Assembly: GCA_043228905.1 (NCBI GenBank)
Contig: JBHGNT010000017.1
Location: 7,130,001 to 7,194,000 of the forward strand
Direction: 5' to 3'
DNA from: Azolla caroliniana
Lineage: Eukaryota; Plantae; Polypodiophyta
DNA: 64,000 bases
Below, one piece after another: positions 37,705 through 48,996 of the stretch. Each line of letters starts with the position of its first letter. The stretch's first letter is position 1. Under the pieces are notes generated by a model. That model ran no database searches, was not told the origin of the DNA, and worked only from the letters and a program-made list of their open reading frames with translations. The position numbers and the translations under genes were made by a program.

Positions 37705-40700
37705 GTATCCCCCTCAAGCTTGGCAAGTCAAGGATCGCCAATCCAAGGTCTTTCATGAATTGCCAAAGCTTGTCGGCTCCTAGGGCCTTGGTGAAGATGT
37801 CGGCTATCTGAAGATTCGCGTTGATGTGTTGAAGTTCGACATCTTCGGCCTGAACGTGCTCTTGAATGAAGTGATAATGCACTTCGATATGCTTTGTGCA
37901 TGCGTGGATCACTAAGTTCCGAGCCACATAAATACTGCTCATGTTGTCGCAATAAAGGGGAATCAGATCCTTGATGGGAACGCCCTGATCCTTCAAAATC
38001 CTCTTAAGCCATACGGCTTCACATGCAACCACGATTGTGCCCCTTGTATTCGGCCTCCGTGCTCGAAAGTGCGACGGTAGGCTGCTTCTTACTACTACAA
38101 GATATTGCTCCACTGTCGAGCAAGAAGACAAATCCGGAGGTCGATCGTCGATCATCGATTGGCTCTGTAGCCGGCCCAGTCGACATTTGTGTACCCTTCG
38201 AGTCGAATTAGTGTGGCTGATTCATAGAGAATACCACAATCCATTGTGCCACTCATGTATCGTAAAACTCGCTTAGCACAATACAAATGGATATCTCGTG
38301 GAGTTTACATGAATTGGCTAAGGAGGACGATCGGATAGTTGAGGTCGGGTTGAGTGATCGTGAGGTAGATGAGGCCCTCGATAAATTGTCGATATTGAGT
38401 CGGCTCGCACTCGTTTGTGCCGGAGTTGGCATCCAGTTTAAGTTTTCGACCGAGAGGGGTTGCCATAGATTTGCACTCAGTCATCCCGAACTTGTATAAC
38501 AAGTTGAGGATGTAGTGTCATTGAGAGATCATAATGTTGGCCGGAGTACGAATACCTCGATGCCATGGAAGTAATGGAGCTCCTTCATGTCCGTCATCTC
38601 GAATTTGCTGGAGAGAAGGGACTTGACCTTGTTGATGTCGACTAGACTTTCACCTCCAATGACATCATCATCCACATATAGGATAATGACAATCGGACTT
38701 TCAGAGTCGTTTCGTACGTAGAGGGAGTTGTCGGATTTCGACATCGAAAACCGATTTGATGAAGATATTGCGTTATCTTCGAATGCCAATCACGCAGTGG
38801 TTGCTTAAGGCCGTAGAGAGGCTTCTTGAGTTGGCATACCACTTTCGGATGAATGATGGATTCGAAGCCGGGTGGTTGTACCATGTACACCTCCTCTTTT
38901 AATTCGCCTTGAAGAAAGGTGTTCTTGACAACCATCTATTGGAGATGCCACCCTTTCGTTGTTGCAAGTGCAATTATGGTCCACACAGTCGTCATCTTTG
39001 CCACAGGGGCAAAGGTCTCTTCATAGTTGACTCCATGTGTTTGTGTGTATCCTCTCGCTATGAGTCAAGCTTTGTAGCAGTTGACGGAGCCGTCGGCATT
39101 ATACTTCACCTTGTAAATCCATCTGCAGCCGATTTCCTTCTTGTGCGGTGAGTGGAGAACAAGATCCCATGTCTCGTTCTTGCATAGTGCCCGCATCTCT
39201 CATTGCTTCAACCCATCGTGGATCCTTGGCTACTGCCGAAAAACTTTCCGGTTCTCGAACTGTCGCCACCTTCATCATAAAGGCATAGTGGTATGCCACA
39301 TAATCGTTGTAGTCGAATCGGCTAACAGGATTCTTCTCATGGGTGGAGCGACAGAGTTTTTTGTTTGTCGTGGCAACGGCTTTCGTTACGCCAAGTGTCC
39401 TCATGATAGGTACATCGAAGCCACCGAACTAAGGTTGTTAGGTACGTTAGATACGGTACGGATACCATACATATATAACGTACACGTATAGTACCTCCCA
39501 ATTTAAAAATACGTTAAATACGTTTTTTAACATGTTAAATACTTATAAAATACGTAAAAACGTATTTTACATATAGTACGTTAAATACTTCTAGAATTTG
39601 AAAATTATTTACCTTTCTAAAAAATATTTGTAATATTGTAAAAAACATCTATGTTTACACAATTTTGTGATGTACATTATAGTTCTACATCCTAAAATGC
39701 ATATAAGACATTTGAACATTTCACATCCTAAAATACTTATAATATGGATGTCGATACTCACTTATTCTATAAATCAATGTAAGTGTGTATCACGATGTTC
39801 TACTTCAAATTGTAATTATTTACGATTATGCCTTCATAGATTAAGGAATCATCTACGATTATCACACTCAGGATAGGTTTCTGTATTCTTTTCTCTCTTC
39901 TTCATCTTCTTCTATCTTCTGTGATTATCACACTCAGCGTCAGGACAGGTTTCTGTCTTCTTTTCTCTCTCTTTTTTCATCTTCTTCTTCTTCTTTGTCA
40001 TCGTCGTCATCTCTTCTTTTCTTCTTTCTTCTTTTTGCTTCTTTTTCAATAAAATCTTTTTTTTCTTTTCCTTTTTGTTGGGGTGTGACTTGCATTTTTT
40101 TATAAATACTTATTATACCTGTTTTTTCAAATGTATGTTAAATATTGTATTGGACAAATGTACATGATATTTGACTGAACATTGAGGTATAGTACGTACT
40201 ATACAAATTATGAGGTACTATACATATTTTAATGTTAAATACGGGTACGTAAACAACCATGCACCCAACTCACTGTCGAGGGAGTGAGTCGATTCGTTGT
40301 CGTCGAATTGATCGTCTTTATACTTCGGCATTTTCACCTTGCCTTTGTCCATCTTCGAACTAGGCCGAGATATGCTTTGGTCGCTCGTGGGCTCTTGTGG
40401 CCCACTACGCCTTGTCGTAATCAAGCTTTCTTCGAACATGTGTTCGAGTCGATCTCCATCTTCTATCTCTTGTTCGGCGGATTCTGGGTCAACTAGAAAT
40501 GATTCGGGAGGAGTTGGCTCGGGTTCGTACCATGATGTTGATTCGTCGAAGACTACATCTCGATTCACGCGAACCTTCCGAGTTGAGGGATTATAGCACT
40601 TGTACCCCTTTTGCTCTAGTGAGTATCCTACGAGGATACATTTCTCCGACTTCGGGTCGAGCTTTTGTCCCTTCTCATCGGGGATGTGCACGTATGCAAT

Positions 40701-42781
40701 GGAGCCGAATATCCAAACATGTGATAGCTCCAGCTTCTTTCTGAAAAACTTCTCGTGCGGGGTAACATCATGCACGCCGGATGTTGTATATCGATTCATT
40801 AGGTAGACAGCTATGTTGGCGGTTTCTGCCCAGTACGACTTCGACATGTGCTTCTTGTTAAGCATGGCACATGCTACTTCGAGGATGTGCTGATTCTTTC
40901 GTTTGGCTACTCCGTTCTGATGTGGCGTGTGTTGACACGAAAACTCTCGTTGAATTCCTTCTTTCCGAAGAAAAGCCGAAAATTCGTCGGAGAAGTACTC
41001 TTTTCCTCCATCGGACCGAAGACATCGTACATGTCGACCTGTTTCCTTTTCGACTCCACTCTTGAATTTTTGGAAGTGTCCGAACACTTCGCTCTTTTTC
41101 CGCATGGGGTAGATCTAGGTGTGCTTGGAGAAGTCATCGATGAAGGCCACGTAGTATCGGCATCCGCCGAATGTAGCCGTCTGAGCTGGTCCCCATACAT
41201 TGGAATGAATTACGTCAAGTACGCCTTTGCTCACGTTCCTCTCCTTCGAAAACGGGTGCCGATGTTGCTTACCGAATTGGCATGTTGCACATACGCCTTC
41301 AATCTCTTTCTCTTTGAAGGTCGGGAGTCTGATGATGACTCCTTTCGATTGCATTGCCTTGAGCTTTTGGAGGTTGATGTGGCCAATCCGCTTGTGCCAC
41401 AACTCTATGTCGGTGTCAACTTTGGTGCCTTTTGCAAACATGGCCGATTTCATCTCGTGTGAGTCGAGAATGAACATTCGTCTCTCTCTTCGTCCGTGAG
41501 CGATGAGTCTACCTTCTTTCTCGATGAAGCAACTAGCTTGATTAAATCGAACTTGCATCCCTTGCTCAACAATTTGGCCGACGGAGACCAAATTATTCAT
41601 AATGGTAGGTACATGCAAGACATTCTTAATGTAAGTTTGGTTACCTTCTTTTTCGAATGGAACATTGCCGATGTGCCGAATCGGATGAGTAGTGTCATCT
41701 CCGGTTTTGACATAGCCAGGTTGGTCCGGCTCTCGAAGTTCTCGAAACCATTCTTGATGAGACATCATATGGTTCAAAGCACCAGAGTTGACGAACCATA
41801 CGTCTTCCGGACTAAAGGCACTATTCGAAGTAGAAGCCAACATAGAATTTGCTCTATGTCTCATCACGAACATTCCTCTATGATCGTCATAGTCAGAGTT
41901 GGTGGCGTAATTGGTGAGTTGTCGGCTTGTGGAAGCCGACTCGCGCATCTTCTTTCGACACTCTTCTTCATGGTGGTCGATTTTACCGCAATATCCGCAT
42001 TCGATCAAGTTTTGTCGACTTGGACCAGAATGGAAGCCCCTTCTTGCGAAGGTTCCTCGATGGCTTCCGTCTTGTTGCCAAAATTGCGAGTTTTTTTCGC
42101 TAGTCGGGCTTCGTCCACCTGGTCTTTGGCCGAATCGGCCTCTTCCTTGGCCGCGTCGCGTCCCCTTCCTCCGTTCGAATGTGTGTAGAGCATGTGGCCT
42201 TCCGAGGCGTTGCTCCTTGTTCGAACATGGTTTTCTTCTACCAACAACATGGATTGCAGATCAAAGAAAGAGGGAGGATTCTCCCCTGCTAGTATGGTGG
42301 TCCTCATTGCGTTGAACCGTGTTGCAAGGCCGCCGAGGCATATTTGCACCATCTCATCGTCGTCCACATTGACGCTTATTGAGCCGAGCGAGTCACAAAG
42401 CTCCTTGATCTTCAAGGTGTAGCTTGTGATGGACATATCCCTTTGTTGGATGTTGTTCAATTCTTGGCGGAGTTGAAGCTTTCGTGCCATCATGTTGGCG
42501 GTGAAAAACTTCTTGAGATTCTCCCATGCTTCCTTCGGCGTCTCGGCTTCTCGAATGTAACATATCATGTGGTCATGAACACATGTCACCAAGCAATACA
42601 TCACTCGGCTTGCCGCTTGCTCCCATGTTGAGTAGTCGGCGTCTTTTGGGTCGGGTCGATTTTCTTGTCCTCCTTTGATGTAGCTCCAATATCCTTGACT
42701 GACAAGGTATTGGCGCATCTTGTACTCCCAAGATGCAAAGTTGTTTCAATCCAAATTCTCACTAGGGAGAGCGCTCCCCAT
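37705..42781 (-). pseudogene. gag-pol of J
   Basis: CGYCGKIDHHEEEC, FIDDFS, RSDGGKEY, YVDD and KHIEVHYHF in fragmented ORFs. Confidence 0.88.
39430..40261. mobile_element. Non-autonomous hAT-like DNA transposon (832 bp)
   Basis: TIRs TAAGGTTGTTA / AAACAACCATG; 8-bp TSD CACCGAAC (39422-39429) and CACCCAAC (40262-40269); subterminal TACG repeats; AT-rich and non-coding. Confidence 0.85.
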
Positions 42782-44917
42782 TTGAGTATTCATTGTCGAT
42801 GAAGCGTTCTTTCTTCTTTAAATCCTTCTCTCTCGAACACAAGCTATGTAGTCGTACTACAATAGCGATGAGCCGGTTCTTCTTGAACGTCGGCGTAGAA
42901 CACAACACAGGCGGATGGGCTAGATCGAGATACCAAACTACTCTAATACCATGCAAAGAATCGGATATGATTCTTGTGCAGCGAAAGAGATGTGTGTTAT
43001 GTATATGTGTGAGAGGAAAGAGATGAGAGAAGAGAAAACACAAGATGAATAGATGAAAGAAAAATGAAGTACTCAAGAAGAAGGTGTATATTAACAAGGA
43101 GAATAGCAAATACAAAAAGTAACATTACAAGGAGTCACAACCGACTTAGTATGAAGTAGGAGAAGGGTGCTTTATATAAGGTCACCCTCTCTCTTCATTA
43201 ACTCACTACAACAACTACTCTCTCTTGGGGAATGTGAAGACTCGTAGTCATGGGGAATATGGAACTCATTAGTTATGTGTCATAGACTGATTCTATGACA
43301 CGTAGATAATGTGTAGAGAGTAGTGGTGTGACTTTTGACCTTTGCGTGATCATAGGTTCTCAAAGGGTGTGTTCACATGTTGCACTAGGTTGAGCTTGAT
43401 TCTCAACAATTACAAAGGAGATTAACCCACTCATTACAAAGTAGGAGGGTGGTTTATATAAGGTCGCCCACTCTCTACATTGTCTCACTAAAACGCCCAC
43501 TCTCTCTCTAGAACCTTGGGGAATGTGGAAACTCATTAGTTTTGGGGAATATGGACCTCGTTAGTTATGTGCCATTGAATATGATTCTATGACACATAGT
43601 TAATGTGTTGAAAGTAGAGGTGACCTTTGACCTTTGAGTGCTCATAGATTCTCAAAAGGAGTGTTTTACACACTAGATTAGTTTGGGCTTGATTCTCAAC
43701 ACGCCCCCTCAAACTCAAATTTGGTCGGCTTTCAACTTTCGGCCTTCCTATGGTGCCCATCTTAGCTGATGTCCGCTTCGGCTTGTATCTGGTTCTCTCT
43801 TGTACTTCTCCTAAAACTCAAATTTGGTCGGCTTTCAACTTTCGGCCTTCCTATGGTGTCCATCTTAGTTGATGTCTGCTTCGGCTGGTATCTGGTTCTC
43901 TCTTATACTTCTCCTCAAGCTTGACAAGTCAGGGATCGTCAATCCAAGGTCTGACATGAATTGCCGAAGCTTGTCGACTCCTAGGACTTTGGTGAAGACA
44001 TCAGTTATCTAAAGATTTGTGTTGGTGTGTTGAAGGTCGACATCTCCAGCATGAACGCCCTCTTGGATGAAGTGATAGTGCTCTTCGATATGGTTCGTGT
44101 GCGCGTGGAACACCGGGTTCTGAGCCAGATGAATACTGCTCATGTTGTCACAGTAAAGGGGAATCGGATCCTTGATGGGAACGCCCAAATCCTTCAATCT
44201 TCTCTTTAGCCAAACGGCTTCACATGTAGCCACAGTCACACCCCTATATTCGTCCTCTAGGCTCAAAAGTGCGACGATTGGTTGCTTCTTGCTACTCTAG
44301 TAGATGGCTCCACTTCCGAGAGAGAAGACGAACGTTGAATTCAATCGTCGGTCGGCTCTATAGCCGGCCCAATCAGCATTTGTATACCCTTTGAGTCGAA
44401 TTGGCTTGGCTGACTTATAGAGAATGTCGTAGTCTATTGTTCCACTCACGTATCGTAACACTTGCTTAGCACAATCTAAATTTATCTCATGGAGTTTGCA
44501 TGAATTGGCTACGGAGGCCGACCAAATAGCTGAGGTCGGGTCGAGTGATTATGAGATAGATGAGGCTTCCAATTAGTTGTCAATACTGAGTCGGCTCGCA
44601 CTCTTCTGTGCCAGAGTGGGCAACTAGCTTTAGGTTTCGATCGAGAGGGGTTGCCACAAACTTACACTCAGTCATCCCAAACTTATGTAGTAAGTTGACG
44701 ATGTAGTGTCGTTGGGAGATCATAATCCCGACTAGTATCTTACGTACTTCTATGCCGAGGAAGTAGTGGAGCTATTTCATGTCCGTCATCTCGAATTTGC
44801 CGGAGAGGAGGGACTTGACCTTGTTGATGTCAACTAGATGCTCACCTCCAATAACTAGATCATCCACGTATAGGATGATGACAATCGGGCTTCCAAAGTC
44901 GCTTCTTACATAGAGAG

Positions 44918-47668
44918 TGTCATGAACATCAACTCGAATTTGAGTCTTAGGTCCTTGTATATATATATATTTCGCGTAGACAAACTTTAGACTTTAAACC
45001 TTTGTATAAAGAGTGGTATGTAAGACTGAGTATGTAAGACTTGGTATGCAAGAATTAGTATGTTTGATATTATGGTATGTAAGACTTGGCTTGAGCATGC
45101 TTATCATGCATCACTACATGTATAAAAAAGGTTGATCTCCCTTGTTAACATCAAGGAGATCAACACTAGTCATGGAATAGATATTCTTACTCATTGTCAT
45201 CAACTTCTCCACCTCTCTATGTCATCAACTTCCCCATCTCTTTATCTTCCAATTGTTCATCCGTGACAGATTGATCTCCTTCCTTCTTTTTCTTCTTTCT
45301 CAATACACTATCATGTCAGAATCATCTAGTAACCTTGAGTGAATTTTGGCAGTCCTACAGCAACTCCAACATGAGAATGTGAACTTGTGAAACTCTGTTC
45401 AAGAACTTCAATTAGCCACAACGGTTATACCTCACTCGATTTTTGACCCTTCTGCTGTAGAACCCAATGTCAGCTTGCCAGACAAATTTGATGGAACAAG
45501 GTCACGGTTAACATGCTTCATCAACCAAATCCTCCTTATTATTCGTCTTCAGCCCCGATGATATTAGATGGCTTTCGACAAGTTGGGCTCATCGGCATGT
45601 TGTTGACAGGACAAGTGCAAGCCTGGTTTGCCCCTCGGGTGGATACCTCTTCGCCTCTCTTGAATGAATTCCACGCATTTCTTACCAAATTTGAGGCAAC
45701 TTTCAGGGAGACCGACAAACGACGAGCCGCACTCAACAAACTATATGTGTTACAACAAGGAGAACGTGCGGCATCAATCTATGCATCTGAATTTCATTAG
45801 CTCGCATGCGATGTCGAATGGGACGAACAAGCCCTCCTCGATCAATTCCGTTGAGGATTACGAGGTGAGATAAAAAATCTTTTTGCTTAACTTTCCTAAG
45901 CCCACATCTTTGAATTAGGCTATTTCCCAAGTTGTGCGCTATGATAACTGTCTCTTTGAGTTCCGATAAGAGGAACGCCCTCACTGGATCCATCCACCTT
46001 GGCTAGCCGCTACACGAAGTCACCTATCGTGGTCGACGACCCCGCCTCTCATGTCATCCTCCACTTCATCTTCAACTCCCGCCATAGATTCGAGCTCCCC
46101 AATTGAGACCGATCGAATTCACTATCGACCATTGACTAACGCGCAACGACAACATCAAGGGGCCAACAATTAATGTCTCTATTGTGGCAGCCCCGACCAT
46201 TTGATTCGCTCTTGCCCAAAAAAGGGACCCCTTCAAACACCACATCGTGTGGATGGGGTTGACATTTTCTGCCAACAAGAAAACTCCAATGTCCAGTTGC
46301 AGTAGGGGTTGTGCATCTGGACCACAAGAATCAACAATTGTGTCAAGGGCCCAATCAACCGATTTCCTCGACAACAAGCTTCACGCTTCCGATCACTCTT
46401 CAGTTTGGCTCTACCACTGTGAAGACAAAAGCTTTTTTGGATTCTGGGGCTATGTCGTGCTTTATTGACATCATGTTTGCACATACACACAACATTCCAA
46501 GAAACAAAATAACAGTCTTGATTCCAGTTGAAGTGATAGATGGTCGAACACTCTCTTCTTGTGCAATCACAGATACAACAATTCCCTTGAGTCTCCACAT
46601 AGGAGCCCACCAGGAAGAAACCATTTTTAACCTCATCACATCACCTCAACATCCTATCATCTTGGGGTTATCATGGCTAGAGACTCACAATCCAATCGTG
46701 GATTGGCGATCTCGCTCCATCAACTTAACCTTGAATTCTCGCCCACAAGGGATTACTTCTACTCTTCTTCAAGCCAATGCTCCGCCACTTTTTTGGCCGT
46801 CTACTCCGGTGAGGACCGTGTCAACAGTTGCTCCCACTTATGTTTCGGGAACAACTCTCGTTTCTGCTTCGGTGAGGACCACTTTAGTGGTCGCTCCCAT
46901 TTCCTCTTCAACAAGAAGCATGTCAACGGTTGCTCCAATAGAAACAACATCGATAGTTATTCTCGCCTTGGCCTCAGAAACAATTTCCACTCTTGCTCGA
47001 GCAAGTGATACAATGTTGATTGCATCCATTTCTAATTCTAGGAAGACGCATCGAGCCACCCCCCTGTGGCTTTGGTGACCAGGGATGAGTATGAAGTCGA
47101 GACCATTCTAGACTCACGCAAGAGCTGACAGAAGCTCCAGTATCTGGTCTTGTGGAAAGGATATCCCATCTCTGAGGCCACATGGGAGCCCGCTAGAAAT
47201 TTACTCAATGCCCCATAAGTGGTTCATGATTTTCATCTCTGATATCCTCACAAACCCGCACCTTCTTGAAGTCCGCGCTTAAGGCGAGGATAATGTCATA
47301 AACATTGACTCCAATTTGAGCCTTAGGTCCTTGTATATATATATATATATATACATTTCTCCTAGAAAAACTTTAGACTTTAAACCTTTGTATAAAAAGT
47401 GGTATGTAAGATTGAGTATGTAAGACTCAGTATGTAAGACTTGGCATGCAAGAATTAGTATGCTTGATATTATAGTACGTAAGACTTGGCATGAGCCTAT
47501 TTATCATGCATCACTACATGTATAAAAAGGGTTGATCTCCCTTGTTAACATCAAGGAGATCAACACCAATCATGGAATAAATATTCTTACCCATTGTCAT
47601 CAACTTCTCCATCTCTCTATCTCATCAACTTCCCTATCTCTTTATCTTCCAGTTGTTCATCCGTGACA
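44918..47668 (+). mobile_element. Ty3/gypsy chromovirus derivative (Tcn1/Tf1-like) lacking RT, RH and INT core
   Basis: LTRs 44918-45268 and 47294-47668 (TGTCA...TGACA); TSD GAGAG; PPT 47281-47293; gag LPDKFDGTRS, knuckle CLYCGSPDHLIRSC, protease FLDSGA, chromodomain. Confidence 0.93.
45313..47268 (+). pseudogene. gag-protease-linker-chromodomain remnant
   Basis: ATG at 45313; ORF 46311-47078 contains the protease; DEYEVETILDSR...YLVLWKGYPISEATWEP at 47084-47180. Confidence 0.88.
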
Positions 47669-48258
47669 GAGAGAGTTGTCGGATTTTAACATTCTAAAGC
47701 CAATTCGATGAAGATATTGTGTTATCTTCGAATGCCAAGTGTGTGGTGCTTGCTTAAGCCCGTAGAGTGGCTTCTTTAGTCTGCATACTGCTTTCGGATA
47801 GTTGGTGGATTCAAAGCTGGGTGGTTGGACCATGTACACCGCCTCTTCTAATTCGCCTTAGAGGAAGGCGTTCTTTACGTCCATCTGGTGGAGGTGTCAC
47901 CCTTTGCTGTTGCGAATGAAATCACGGTTCAAACAGTCATCATCTTTGCCACCAGACAAAGGTCTCTTCATAGTCGACACCATGTGGCTGCACGTATCCT
48001 TTTGCTACGACTCGGGCTTTATAGCAATTGACAGAGTCGTCGGCATTATACTTCACCTTGAATATCCATCTGCAACCGATTGCCATGTTGTGAGGTGAAT
48101 GCGGGATGAGATCCCATGTCTCATTCTTACTGAGAGCTTGCATCTCCTGGTTCATCACTTTGACCCATTGTGGATCTTTAGCGGCTTCGGAAAAAATTTC
48201 CAATTCTCAAACTGTCACCATCTTCATCATAAAGGCATAAGGATATGCCATATAGTCA

Positions 48259-48996
48259 GGAGGAAAGACGGTGTCGCGATATTTTGCAAGCGCGTGTAGG
48301 ATCTGAGGGCGGACCGCAAGGGTCTTGAACTAGAGAGTTGAGGAGAAGGAATAAGACACGAAACGGAAGCTTAGCTCAAGAGGAGAGGAGAATGAATATG
48401 ACATGAAGATTGAACAAGAGATGGATGGAGGCAAAATACTCAACAAGTTATATTAAGAAAACACAAACGAATACAACCATGGCGGCATAGGCCAAAACCC
48501 AACGAATACAAGAAACCCTCACCGAATAAGTAAAGTAAAGAAGATGAATAAGGAAACCCTAAGCGAAACCCTAACCCTAAACTGAAATGGGAAGAAGAAG
48601 AACCCTAGAACTATGTGGTATACCTTTCACACTAAAAAATAGGCAACCCCTTCACAAGTGACCCCTCACTCCCTTTTATAGTAGTAAGGGGTGAGCACAT
48701 TACAAGAGGGAGTCAAATCCCCTTTCATTTAATGGGGAATATCTCCCTTGATCTTAAATCAGTGGGCCTTATCTCTCTCTCTCTCCTATCACATTCACTC
48801 TCAATGCCCACTACTCATTCTACTCTACAAAGTGCACATCACATTTATGCCTCTACAAACTTCGTGGTGCACCTTTAGCACCTTAGATTATTACCCTTCC
48901 CATTACATTTTGTTTACTTATTCTTATTGCACAAATTTACAAGTGCATGTGCAATGTTGCACATCCCCATTTTATTTGTCCCTCCTGGTTTTCTCA
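48259..48996 (-). mobile_element. Solo-LTR-like insertion related to the gypsy-type LTR at 62933
   Basis: Interrupts H pol; minus-strand TGAGAAAACC start, TATAAAA and AAACCCTA motifs; U5 GACCC..GCGGTCCG..ACACGCG..GACA is shared with 63455-63503; no canonical TSD. Confidence 0.68.

Larger units (their letters stand above)
37179..43408 (-). mobile_element. Full-length decayed copia 'J' inserted in the 3' LTR of its relative H
   Basis: LTRs 37179-37615 and 42952-43408; TSD ATTAC (37174-37178, 43409-43413); PBS TGGTATTAGAG 42941-42951; PPT AGGGGGCA. Confidence 0.93.
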
